Positions 13,155 through 24,695 of a stretch of 64,000 nucleotides of DNA are shown piece by piece; the first letter of the stretch is position 1; each line of letters starts with the position of its first letter. The notes beneath the pieces were generated by a model, which saw only the letters and a program-made list of their open reading frames with translations, did no database searches and was not told where the DNA came from. Both the position numbers and the translations under genes were made by a program. Source of the DNA: Mobula birostris (lineage: Eukaryota); NCBI RefSeq assembly GCF_030028105.1, contig NC_092373.1, forward strand, positions 138,514,278 to 138,578,277, written 5' to 3'.

Positions 13155-13910
13155 CAAATATGTTTTAAATTCCTGGGATCTCACATCACAGATGACCTCA
13201 CCTGGTCCCTCAATATCACCTCTCTGTAAAAGAAGGAACAACGACGCCTCCACTTCCTAAGAAGATGGAGGAAAGCAAGGCTCCACTACACCTCCCTCCC
13301 GGCACTTCCATTTTAACTGCATTTACAGGAGCACCATTGAGTGCATCCTGACAAACAGCATCTGCATCTGGTTTGGGAGCAGACAAGTATCTGACCAGAA
13401 GTCCCTTCAAAGGACTGTGAGAACAGCTGAGAGGATCATAAGGGTCTCCCTACCATCCATCAGGGACATTTACAGGAGCACTGTACACACAGGACCCTTA
13501 GTATTATTAAGGATCCTACCCATCCATCCAGCATCCTCTTTGACTTTCTACCATTGGACAGGAGACCACGATGCATAAAAACAAGAATGGTCAGAGTGGG
13601 AAACTGTTTCTTCCCCTGGGCCATTAGACTTCTGAACTCCTTGCCACACTGCATTCAAAGTGTCACTGATTAATCTGATCCATACCTTACAATATTTAAT
13701 TTATGCATTTTAATTTGCTACTTATGTGTGATTCATCTGTAGATTTTATCCTTACCTTCGTAAGTTATTGTGTGTAGTGTGGGTTATGTGCTTTACACCC
13801 AGGTTCAAAGAAACGTCGTCCTGTTTCTATATATGTTATTGGGTTATATATTGTACGTTATATACATATATATAGTTAAATGACAATATACTTGATTTGA
13901 GTTGACTTGA
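13155..13910 (+). mobile_element. Rex1-type LINE 3' fragment
   Basis: Decayed FKFLG, RLHFLRR and HPSSILFDFLP motifs; (ACTTG)n-like tail. Confidence 0.8.
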
Positions 13911-14014
13911 AATATTAACTTAATTGGAATCACAGGACAATGGCAAATGTTGATTGAGGGGCATAAATGTGATGCAATGTAAACTGCTTCAGTGGGACAT
14001 GCATCTCATTTAGT

Positions 14015-14593
14015 CAGGTCACATTTGGAGTATTGTCAACAGTTTGGGGCCCCTTATTTGGAAAGGATGTATTGTCTTTGGGGAGAATTCAGAGGAGGTT
14101 CACCAGGATTATTCCAGAAATGAAATAATCATGAGGAGTGTTTGGTAACTTTGGGTCTATACTCACTGGAATTCAGAAGAATGTGTGGGGATCTCATTGA
14201 AAGCTACTGAATGTTGAAAGGACTAGATACGGTGGATGTGGAGAGGTTGTTACCTCTGGGGGGAGGGGGTGGGCGGGGTATTCAGAACTAGAGGGCACAG
14301 CCTAAAAATTAAGAGGAGGCCTTTTAGAAAAGAGGTGAGGAGGATTTTTTTTTAGCCAAGGAGTGGTGAATCTGTGGAATGCTGCTACAGACTGTGGTGG
14401 AGACCAAGTCTGTAGGTTTATTCAAAGCAGAAGTTGATAGGTTCCTGATTGGTCGGGGCATCAAGGGATATGGTGAGAAGGCAGGTGTATCGAGTTGAAT
14501 GGGATCCGGGATCAGCCAAGATGAAATGGTGGAGTAGACTCAATGGGCTGAATGGCCTAATTCTGCTCCTATGGTTTTATGGTCTTATGGTCT
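14015..14593 (+). mobile_element. CR1 3' fragment
   Basis: HLEYCQQFG and GLYSLEFRR-like motifs; ends ggcctaattctgctcctatggttttatggtcttatggtct. Confidence 0.85.
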
Positions 14594-14770
14594 AATTTCA
14601 CCTGACCCTGTCACTTAGATAGACAAATAGATAAATATAGTGTCTGAATAAGCGTAGTATGGACAGACTTTTTTTTGTTCTCTGTTGTGGAAGAATTCAA
14701 TGAGATTTTGAGATGAGTGGAAATATATTACAAAATACAGCTGTGCAAAACAAAGCAGGAGCATAACTTT

Positions 14771-15870
14771 ACACACAAAATGCTGAAGGAACTCAGCAGG
14801 CTAGGCTGCATCTATAGAAAAGAGTAAGCAATCAATGTTTCGGGCCAAGACCCTTCATTAGGACTGGAGAAAAAGAGATGAGAAGTCAGAGTAAGGTGGG
14901 AGGGGGGAGGGGAGGCAGAAGTACAGGGCAGTAGGTGATAGGTGATAGGTGATACGGGGGTGGGGAGAGGTGAACTAAGGAACTGGGAAGTCGATTGGTG
15001 AAAGAGATAAAGGGCTGGAGAAGGGAGGATCTGATAGGAGAGGACAGAAGGCCATGGAAGAAAGGGAAGGTGGAGCAACACCAGAGGGAGCTGATGAGCA
15101 GGTAAGGAGATAATGTGAGAGAGGGAATGGGGAATGGGGAATGGTGAGGGGTGGGGGTGGCATTACCAGAGGTTCTAGAAATCAATGTTCATGTCACCAG
15201 GTTGGAGGCTACCCAGATGGAATATAAGGTGTTGCTCCTCCAACCTGAATGTGACCTCTTCATTGACTGACATGTTGAAATGAGAATGTGAAGTGGAATT
15301 ACAATGGGTGGCCACCAGGAGATCTCACTTTTTCTGGTGGATGGTGGCCACACCGGAAGCCTTGGATACAGTAGATGACCCCAACAGACTCACAGGTGAA
15401 AAGTCCAGTCACCTGGAGGGGCTGTTTGGTACCCTCAATTGTAGTGAGGGAGGAGGTGTAGGGGCAGGTGTAGCACTTGTTCTGCTTGCAAGGATAAGTG
15501 CTAGGTGGGTGGTCAATGGTGGGGGGGGGAGCCGCGTGGGGAGGGAGTCGCATAGGGAGTGATCCCTGCAGATAACAGAAAGTAGAGGGAGGGAAAGATG
15601 TGCCTGGTGTTGGGATTCTGTTGGAGATGGAGGAGGTGGTGAGTTGGTAGGTGAGGACAAAAGGAACCCTATTCCCTTTTTGGGTGACGGGAGGATGGGG
15701 TGAGGGCAGACGTGCGTGAAATGGAAGCGGTGTAGTAGAGGGTAGTGGTGATGGTGGAGGAAGGGAATCCCTTTCTTTGAAGTAGGAGGACGTCTCCTTA
15801 GTTCTGGAATGAAAAGCCTCATCCTGGGAGCAGATTTGGAGGAGATGGAGGAATTGAGAGAAGGGAATGG
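14771..15870 (-). mobile_element. Penelope-like element 3' part (Cys-rich linker, GIY-YIG region, pyrimidine-rich UTR, hammerhead-bearing terminus)
   Basis: ORF 15299-15553 contains CKQNKCYTCPY...FTCESVGVIYCI; degenerate hammerhead at 14829-14866. Confidence 0.88.
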
Positions 15871-17399
15871 CGTTTTCTTTTGTTTGTGATTAGCATAGCT
15901 GTTAGATTTAGAAACCAACATTTATAGATACAGTACTATAAATTTTAGTCCTGTGTTTAAAAGGTTAAGCACCTGAAACTGTCTCAAAAGAGAGTGACAA
16001 GAAGCAATATTTCATTCTCTTTAGCTTACAGTACCCATATACTCAGCATGTGGCCCATACTTGAACAGTCCAGCTGACTGGAGGGGTCTACCGGGAAATT
16101 CCTGTCACAAGCAGCCATAGAATAACATTTCAATATGATGCATTCTTCCAGTCTGTCAGCAGTACCATGATTGGTCTGACAGTATTAATCCGCCCAGATG
16201 TTCAGAGTTTTCTGAAAGAGGTCCCAAGACAGTAATTTACTGCCTGTTTTCTGCTGATGGGTCCCTAATCCATTTAATTAGCAGACTCCAATGAGCTGTC
16301 AATAGTTCCCCTGTAGGACATCATACAGAAATAACAAGGAAACATTTTAGTCAAACCTATTGGCCTCTCAATCCACTACTGGGCATTTGCTGTACAAGGT
16401 ACAAGCAGTCTAAGTTTATCATTACAGTGCTTGATTAATAGTCACTAGCTTCCATTAGTAGTAAAAATCATACCTATACTTAAATGAAACACAACCTTTG
16501 AAGAAGAGTTTCCGTTGCCTCATTTGTATATCTATAACTACATTTTAACTGCAACATAAGTAAATAATATGAATTTATTTATTTAAACTGAATTTTAAAA
16601 CTCACATTTTCACCACCTCACTTGAGATCAGAATATGACTAAATCAGTTTTAGATTAAATGTTTTAAATGTCAGATGTGAAATTCTAGTGCCATCCCAGT
16701 TGAAGCAGGAGTGATAAATAGTAGCTTTAGTGTGGGTTTAACAGCAACATAGCTATAGGCACAATGGCTTCTTTCTGTGGCTTAAACATGGCATAATATT
16801 CAAATAGCTGTACTTCAATTTGGAAAGAATCACTTACCAAAGGTTATTATAATAAAGTGCATTATAACTTAACAGAAAACATGTAGCGTGGGAGTATTTC
16901 ACAAAACAGATTGCTAAGGCTCTTATTTTAACCCTTGTCCTGTATTAAGTAAGCTAATCCTCCCTTAAACAGCTACAAAAATAAAAATATTTGCCCTGAG
17001 TGTTTACTTCCTACGAGTCAGGTAAATAAGACAAGGATTCACCTTTGAGTTGTTATATAGAAATGGCAGTTGGCCAAGCGTGTGGCCATCAGACAATGAC
17101 AGAATCAGGCTTATTGCGATGGCTCTTGAGTTTCTTCGCTCTCACATGAAAGCTGGCCAACTTTTAAAAGAAACAAGGGAGCATATTGTTCATCAAATAT
17201 TACCACCACATTCTGGAGAAGAGGAATGATTTAAAGACAAAAAAAATTGAAAGAAGAGGGGCCTAATAATAAAAAATAATGTAAAACGTTCCCCAGCAGA
17301 TGTTAATTTAGTTCTGTGCAGTGATAATATCATTGTCAGTCAGAGAAGATGTAGTTAAATCTGCTCGAGTTGGGTGAGCTGGAATAAGCATTGCTTCAG

Positions 17400-17461
17400 A
17401 TTGTAACATCGAAACAACAATCTATTGGTCTCTCTCTTGCTGTTGAAAGGGTCCCCCTCTT

Positions 17462-17501
<40 letters not shown>

Positions 17502-17827
17502 TGTAGAAGTGTTGGGTTATGGTCTGTAGTTTCTGTTGAACTGCAGAGCATGGGCTCTTTAGGGGCTTTACTATTGCTTGCTTGTTGGGTGGTGGGCACT
17601 GATGTTTCCTGCTGGAACAAGTTGGGCGGGGGAAGGAAGAGAGAAGGGGAGGGTTGATGCTTTGCTGCTGCTTGTGCATGGGACGGGGGTGGGAGAGCTT
17701 TGGGATTCTAATGTTCTGTCATTTGTTCATTAAAGGTTTCTTCTGTTTTGTGGATGTCTGCAAAGAGTAAGAATTTCAAGTTGTATACTGTATACATTCT
17801 CTGATATTAAATGGAACTATTGAACCA
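17400..17827 (+). mobile_element. Non-coding non-autonomous retroelement, 3' part, containing a (GA)n tract
   Basis: Collinear similarity to 23975-24382, including the end tgtatacatt(t)ctctga(t/c)attaaatg. Confidence 0.55.
17462..17500. repeat. (GA)n microsatellite
   Basis: About 19 GA units with one interruption. Confidence 0.95.
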
Positions 17828-17896
17828 GTAAATAGGTCACTGCTAATGAAGTTGGTCAGATTTCTGAGTATTTCCGAAACTGATTTCAGTGAGTTA

Positions 17897-18152
17897 CAGA
17901 GTCATAGAGAGAAACAGAATGGAAAATGGCCCTTTAGATGACTGATACTGCATTGAGAATAAAGCATCTTTTTACACTAATTCTACATTAACCCTACATT
18001 CTCATCAGTTTCCCTCAGATTCTATCACTCGCCTACACACCAGAAGTTATTTACAGTGGCCAAACACCTACCAAATCATACCTCTTAGTTATGTGAAATG
18101 AAATCAAAGCACCGTGAAGCAGCAGCTCTACAAACAGTGCTACTGTGTCTCC
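17897..18152 (-). mobile_element. SINE relic with CR1-like tail
   Basis: agagtcatagag tail; body atttacagtggccaa...cctacc; head remnant gtgaagcagcagctct...gctactgtg. Confidence 0.5.
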
Positions 18153-18344
18153 ACAAAAGGGGAAGATCGTTTCATATGAATTGCACACAATTTTCATGAG
18201 ACTATATCCCACTCACAGGCTTTTTCTTGATAGCTATCTCATTTTTACTCTGGGTAGTCACTGCAGTGCATGTCATGTGTTTTATTTCCTCCTGCTCTTG
18301 AAATAGACTCTGTTTTCTAAGTAAATTGAATTATCTGTGTTAAG

Positions 18345-19047
18345 TCAGAATCAGGTTTATTATCACTGGCATATGACGTGAAATTTGTTAACTTAGCAGC
18401 AACAGTTCAATGCAATACATAATATAGAAGAAAAAAAATGACAATAAAACAAAAATTATAATAAATAAGTAAATCAATTACAGTATATGTATATTGAATA
18501 GATTAAAAATCATGCAAAAAAACAGAAATAACATATATTAAAAATGTGAGGTAGTGTCTAAGGGTTCAATGTCCATTTAGGAATCAGATGGCCGAGGGGA
18601 AGAAGCTGTTCCTGAATCGCTGAGTGTGTGCCTTCAGGATTCTGTACCTCCTACCTGACAGTAACAGTGAGAAAAGGGCTTGCCCTGGGTGCTGGGGGTC
18701 CTTAATAATGGACACTGTCCTTCTGAGATGCCACTCCTTGAAGATGTCCTGGGTACTTTGTAGGCTAGTACCCAAGATGGAGCCAGCTAAATTTACAACC
18801 CTCTGCAGCTTCTTTTGGTCCTGTATCCACCCGCCCCCATACCAGACAACGATACAGCCTGTCAGAATGCTCTCCATGGTATAGAAATTTTTGAGTGTAT
18901 TTGTTGACGTACCAAATCTCTTCAACCTCCTCATGAAGTACAGCTGCCGTCTTGCCTTCTTTATAACTGTATTGATATGTTGGGACCAGGTTAGATCCTC
19001 AGAGACCTTGACACCCAAGAACTTGAAACTGCTCACTCTCTCCACCT
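18345..19047 (-). mobile_element. Rex1-type LINE 3' fragment
   Basis: ORF 18584-19045 (FKFLGV...RFRNSFFPSAI) and (TGATTC)n tail; same family as 58000-61648 and 30305-30890. Confidence 0.9.
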
Positions 19048-19459
19048 CCAGGCATACATCCTCCCGTGTCTCCAGTTGACTTCAATTTCTCGAGTGATTT
19101 GTATCTGGAAGCTCAACCTGCACTTCTGGGTGTGAATTCCACTTGCCCTGCCTGCTGTGAGAGGCATGAAATGATGCATTCCTTGTGTAATGTTCCTGGG
19201 ACAACCGTGCATTGCTATGGCTGCAAACCAGACTGGGGTGCATGCCAAATCGGTCGATAACTTAGTTTGCATCTGTAAATGCCCCTCCCCATTCCATCAG
19301 CCATTCTCATCCAACCACTGTCTTTGACTTAGGTTGCAATTCGGTGGTTGTCCAAGTTCCTAGCCTCTTTACCTCAATCTGCTACACTCTGGATTTTAAT
19401 TTCCTCACCATCATTTAAACATCTGTCTTGATTTTCATCCCCACCTCTGCCTGCAGTAG

Positions 19460-19595
19460 ACTCAATCTGCATTCCGTTATTACTTTCCCTTGTACTACCT
19501 CAATGTACCAATGTGATGAAATGATCTGTTTGGATGCATGCAAAGTTTTTCACTGTACCTCTACACATGAGAAAATAATAAATCAATTACCAATT
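19460..19595 (+). mobile_element. Rex1-type 3' UTR relic
   Basis: Resembles the reverse complement of 29215-29330 (tgtgatgaaatgatct...tttcactgta). Confidence 0.45.
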
Positions 19596-20498
19596 AAGCC
19601 CCATTATCATTTAAGTCACCCATCACCCAATCAACATTACAAATGCATGTCCTTATTCCTACCCTTTCTCTTTCCATAGGCTCAACTGGACTGATGCCTG
19701 CCATCTTTTGTGGATCCAGCCTCCAAGAGGAGCACCAGGTGACATACTAGTATTGGCAAAAGTATGCAGCACCTGCTCAGTTAACTCACCTACCTTAGCA
19801 GCAGATGAAAATTGCAGTAGGAACCCATAACCAAAATGCGACTGCACCCAGAATTACTTGTCAGTTCTTGTAATTTACCAGTGGCAATGTCTAAAGAATG
19901 TAGGTAGTGCTCTGAGTAGGGCTGATATTTAAGGTATTAAATGAAGCTTTCTCAACATTTCACAATCCTGCATGGTCTTCTTTGTCAAAATTTTTAGAGT
20001 TCATTTAATGTATTTGTTAGCAATGGAACCTGGCATTGAAGACACTGCCATCCATTTTTTAAAAAAATGATGTGTTCATGCACGATGCTCTTGTTGAGAA
20101 AGTAAAGTGATTCTATACATGTGGCATTGAAAACCAAATAACAGTTTACAGTTTTCAGAAAGAATTTTGATTAACTCTGAGGGGGGAAGGTATAATTTTC
20201 ACATTTCCTTTTTGTGCTGATCTGTTGAAGCAGTTCAGCACTCATTATAAAACCAGATGACCAATTGACTTTCACTCGCTATAAAACCCGTTGACTTCCA
20301 GCCTACTGGTTTTAGTTAACTTTAGTGGTGATTTGGGAGCCCCACGTTAGACAAGGCCAGCTATTTTGTGAATTATTGCATGATAGGAATTCATGATGCA
20401 GGTACTTAAAACTTCTGTTCCATTTCTGAAGGATCAGATGGAGATCATCTCCTGAACAAATTGCACCATTGCAGAAGCTCATTTCCATGAAGTAAACA

Positions 20499-20909
20499 GA
20501 GCAACACATACAAAATGCTGGAAGGGCTCAGCAGGTCAGGCAGCATCTACGGCATCCGCAGGCATGAATAAACAGACGTTTCAGGCTAAGAACCCTCAAC
20601 AGGACTGGAAAGGAAAGAGGAAGATGCAAAAATAAGAAGGTAGGGGAGGAGGAGGACAAGCTAGAAGGCGATAGGTGAAGTTAGGTGGGTGACGTGGGGG
20701 AAGGATGAAGTGAGAAGCAGGGAGGTGATAGGTGCAAAAGGTAAAGGGCTGGAGAAGAAGGAATGTGATATGAAAGGAGAGTGGACTATAGGAGAAAGGG
20801 AAGGAGGAGGAGCACCGGGGGAGGCAAGAAGTAGGTGAGAAGTAAGATGCCAGAGTGCGGAATTGAAGAACAGGGAAAGGGGAGGGGGAAGATTACCATA
20901 AGTTGTGTT
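20499..20909 (-). mobile_element. Penelope-like 3' fragment with 13-bp TSD
   Basis: Similar to 14771-15180; hammerhead-like motif at 20573-20606; catgaagtaa(a/t)ca at 20486-20498 and 20910-20922. Confidence 0.85.
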
Positions 20910-21544
20910 CATGAAGTAATCAATCCATGAGTTACTGCTCTACTCACACTATAGGATACATGGATGTCAGAACGATCCTGTCAAGTCTGAGAAGAGCATA
21001 AAGATGAGTCGTGAATAGTAATCTGCATGAACAAAATGAATAAAAGCTTGTGTCAAAAAACCTTTCATCACTTCTGTGCTTTTCCAAACAGTTGGAATAG
21101 TTGGAATAAGAAGTGACTTATCAAGGCAATGAATTATTTACATGAATAAATACTTATATACGGATAATACAGAGATGTGCCTCAAATGTTAGTGTGTAGA
21201 AAATTTCCAATAAGGACAGCATTCACATATGTTTATCTGGATTCCCACTAATAAGATCATAATTGACCTTGTAATGGATGCACCCTTCTCTCACCCACTC
21301 TTTTTCTACTCAGAAGTAACAAAGCGTAGTATAAATGAGGCAAGGGCTACTGGCCTTTAGAAAGAATAAGTGTTGTGGGGAAGTTCTAGCGAAGGAGGTG
21401 TACTGGCATTCAGAGAAGTGATTTGTCAACTTTTTATGGCTTCATTAAAACGGAGAATACTGGTTATGAATCCTCTATCTTGCTTTGACATTCGCCAGAA
21501 TTGCCAATAGATTTTAGCTAAACATTAATTGGGATAGCAGCGTA

Positions 21545-21814
21545 TATCCTTTTATCCAGAGGCACAGTGGATATGGTCTTCACTGTACTGCTCCAAGAAG
21601 AAAGTATGTTGCTGCACCAGGCATTGTATCTGACCTTTTGTGACTCCATCAGGGGAACGGACTAAGGACCACCCTCTTCATATTTGGTGCCAACAGATAT
21701 CTGTCTCCATTTTATGTTTGCTCTACAATGGCATGGACATTGTAATTTTCATCTATGGATCTATGGCTGAATCTCTATCAATGAAGACCCATGCCAAGCA
21801 AGGATGTGTCATGG
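21545..21814 (+). mobile_element. RTE-clade LINE RT relic
   Basis: Decayed RGTVDMVFT, LQE, FG(A/C) and KQGCVM motifs in the order expected for RTE RT. Confidence 0.55.
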
Positions 21815-21975
21815 TAACATGCACAACACCCTGGAGGAACTCAGGTCCTGATGAAGGGTCTCAGCCCAAAACGTTGACTGTTCGTTTCCACGGATGCTGC
21901 CCGACCTGCTGAGTTCCTCCAGCGTGTTGTGCATGTTGCTTTGACCCCAGCATCTGCAGAGTATTTTGTGTTTAT
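21815..21975 (+). mobile_element. Fold-back PLE-derived mini-element with hammerhead motif
   Basis: Inverted arms 21816-21844 and 21909-21937; hammerhead-like motif at 21843-21880; tail ccagcatctgcagagtattttgtgttt; imperfect TSD gat(gt/ac)gtcatgg. Confidence 0.85.
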
Positions 21976-22879
21976 GATACGTCATGGCAGGATTATCATG
22001 ATAGTGTTCTCATGGTTCAACACCATGGTCCTTTCCTACCTTCCATTTTGTACCCAATATCCTGGAACTATTTTTAATCTCAAAAGGAAAACACTCAGGA
22101 ACTGGAAAATTGAAATGCTCAGTTCTGACCTAAGATATTGACCTGAATCACTAACATTGTGCTTCTTTCCACAGTTCTCACCATATCCTATCCTTGTTCT
22201 ACTCTAAATCTCATTTTCCCACAACTACCTCCTCACCCCGCACTAGAACAACCATACAGTGGTCACAGAAGGTAGACTATGGAAAACATGACTGTAAGAA
22301 CTTTACTAGTGTGAAAAAATGCCATTCACAAGTGCTAATCTGCACTACCTGCATAACAAGATTTCATAGGGACATCTTCTTAGAAGAGAGTCCTTTCCAA
22401 GTAGAATCATTCACAATAGTAATTTATTCTAAGGAACAAATGTGATGACCATGAAATTTCACCATCTTGTGGAACCGCACACTTGTAGGTGAACATTTTC
22501 TTTCGCTACCTGCAGTAATGGAATATATGCTTTCTGAAATAAGATCTTTGGTTCATCCAAAACAAATACTCATTTCAGGTATTGGTGGCTAAAACTCCAG
22601 TTGATATTTATTGCTTTATTATGAGGGACCAGGTACAATAAACTTCATAGCTGTTTAATATTATTCTTTTGACTGCTCAGAGAGCATGTTGATAGAATAC
22701 AATAGATATCAAGGATCAAATTTTGGAAATCTACCAGAGTTCCATCAAATACTTCTGCATATTCAAGATATAAACATTGGGGTAAGCACTGTGGCAAATG
22801 TGACTCCACAATTGGATTGTGTGCTTTGAGATGTTTCAATGCTCAAGAGATTGAATAGGTAATGTAAGAAGAATTGAGC

Positions 22880-23480
22880 TCAAAAGCAAAAGGGAAGGTG
22901 ATATGTGAAAAGGCCATACTTTAGGAAAGCTTGAAAACCTTAGTAAATATAGAGAGGAGATTGATAAGGTGAGAAACTTCATTAATGAGGAAAGATTAGA
23001 TATGCTTAAGACTGTTCTATTTAGAACAAAAATGTCTAAGGGATGACCTCATGGGCACTTTCAAGTTTTGACAAAAGTAGAGGAAAATTATTCCATTGTG
23101 TGTGTGTCTATTTTAGATTGACAACAAAAGACAAAGAGAAGAATGAGGAGAATTCTTGTCACACAGAGAAATGTCAAGATCTGAAGTATCCACTTGAAAT
23201 AGTGACACAAGCGACTACAGATTAAGGAATCTAGAGCAACATGCAAAGAAGCTGGAGGAACTCAATGAGCCAGGAAGAGAAATAGAGAGTGAACATTTTG
23301 GGTCAAAGCCCTTCATCAGATGTTATTTGAAATGCTAATGTTCTATTTCCTCTATAGATGCCTCCTGACTTGTTGCATTCTTCCAGCTCCTTTGTGTGTT
23401 GTTATCTGATTCTAATTTCATGCATAATTTTAAAATGGATTTGGACAGGTACTTAATATTGGAGAGTATGGTCCAAATGT
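22880..23480 (+). mobile_element. Very old CR1 3' relic
   Basis: Remnants of RLD-LRLF-LE, RDDL and FKMDLDRY motifs; interrupted by a PLE mini-element. Confidence 0.5.
23233..23415. mobile_element. Fold-back PLE-derived mini-element (older)
   Basis: gcaacatgcaaagaagctggaggaa pairs with ttcttccagctcctttgtgtgttgt; minus-strand ctgatgaagggctttgacccaaaatgtt within 23291-23319. Confidence 0.7.
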
Positions 23481-23565
23481 GCAGGTTTGTGATTCAATAT
23501 GAACTCTCTTTCAATGACTTAGCATAGTAATTACCAGTAGGTTGCCCCCCCTTGTGGGTGGAGTT

Positions 23566-24382
23566 AAGGAGTTAATGGCACCTAATAACAACTCCTTTGC
23601 TTGCATCTTTGGAAACAGTTCTACTTCTATCTTTAATAGCTCTATTTTTCCCTTTCAGGGTTCTTTTGAAACCCTGACCTGGAGTTACACGCTGACTTCG
23701 GTTCTTTGCAGGAATGGGACCTGCTGTCGGGGTCTCACGAATGGCCCTTATTTGAGATACCAAGGACGTGAACCAGAAGGTTAGCTTGCCTTTGGAGTTC
23801 TGGGATTTTGTGGCTCTGGAGGCAGGCGGACTTGCGGTCGGTGCCTCTGCAGAGAATCGGTATGTCGTGGGAGATGGAAGATCGAAAGCAGCAAGCTGGC
23901 AGCTGGCTGTGTGCACAGAGAACTGAGTCCTTTGGGCACAGAGCTCAGAAAAAGTGACACAATGGACTTTTAATATCATAAATCAGTGGGTTGTTTGTTA
24001 CGTCTCTCCTTTCATTGTGAAATGGAGATGCCTCTTTTTCCCCTATTAGGGAGAGTCTATGGTATGTTGAATTACTGGGTGAATGAGTAGTCTTTGGGGT
24101 ACTGCAAGTCTGTGTCTTTACTGATGCTTTGCTGCACGCTTGAGTGCTCGGTGGCTGGCACTGATGGTTTTTTGCTGGCGGGGGAAGGGGGACCGTTCCT
24201 TGCTGCTGCTTACGCCTGGGAGAGGGGAGCTGGGGGGGATTTGGGGTTCTAACATTTAACTGTCATTCCTTCTTTGGGGCACTCTTCTGTTATCATGAAT
24301 GCCTGCGAAGAAAAAGCATTTCAGGATGTATGTTGTATACATTTCTCTGACATTAAATGTACCTTTGAAAACTTTGAAACCC
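23566..24382 (+). mobile_element. Non-coding non-autonomous retroelement (~820 bp)
   Basis: GC-richer block sharing its 3' half with 17400-17827; short tandem tail ctttgaaaactttgaaac; 5' hairpin aaggagtt/aactcctt. Confidence 0.6.
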
Positions 24383-24488
24383 TTTTAGATTTTGCCTGAC
24401 CTGGTGAGCGTTTCCTGTGCTTTCAGGTTTTCTTCTAAATTTCCAACATTTGCAGATTCTTTTTTAAATTTTAATTCCCCCGATGGTT

Positions 24489-24695
24489 TAGATAGATAGA
24501 TACTTTATTGATTTGAAAGGAAATTAGAGTGTTACAGTTGCATTACACGTACATAGATATACAAATACACAAATATTAGGAGAGAAGTAAGAAAGAATAA
24601 AAAATTAAGTTGCCTCAAGCAGTTTGAAAAGAGGAGTGTAATCACTTCTCCTGCTATAGGTTGACTAATTAAAGAGCCTAATGGCCGAGGGTAAG
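24489..24695 (-). mobile_element. Rex1-type LINE 3' end with (ATCT)n tail
   Basis: tagatagatagatactttattgat is the reverse complement of aataaa plus tandem tail, parallel to the (ATGACT)n family. Confidence 0.6.

Noticed and set aside
14257-14279. G-quadruplex-like runs here and at ~34895-34917 (minus)
   Set aside because: Simple G/C-run expansions, one inside a dead CR1; no evidence of function.
15409-15921. 170-aa Pro/His-rich ORF
   Set aside because: Mostly an off-frame reading of the decayed Penelope ORF.
19049-19280. Cys-rich 64-aa ORF next to a Rex1 5' end
   Set aside because: Non-ATG start, no recognisable Cys pattern, no splice support.
22098-22155. Additional hammerhead-like relic (cagttctgacctaagatattgacctgaa)
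   Set aside because: Too degenerate to count, although it may be an older PLE terminus.
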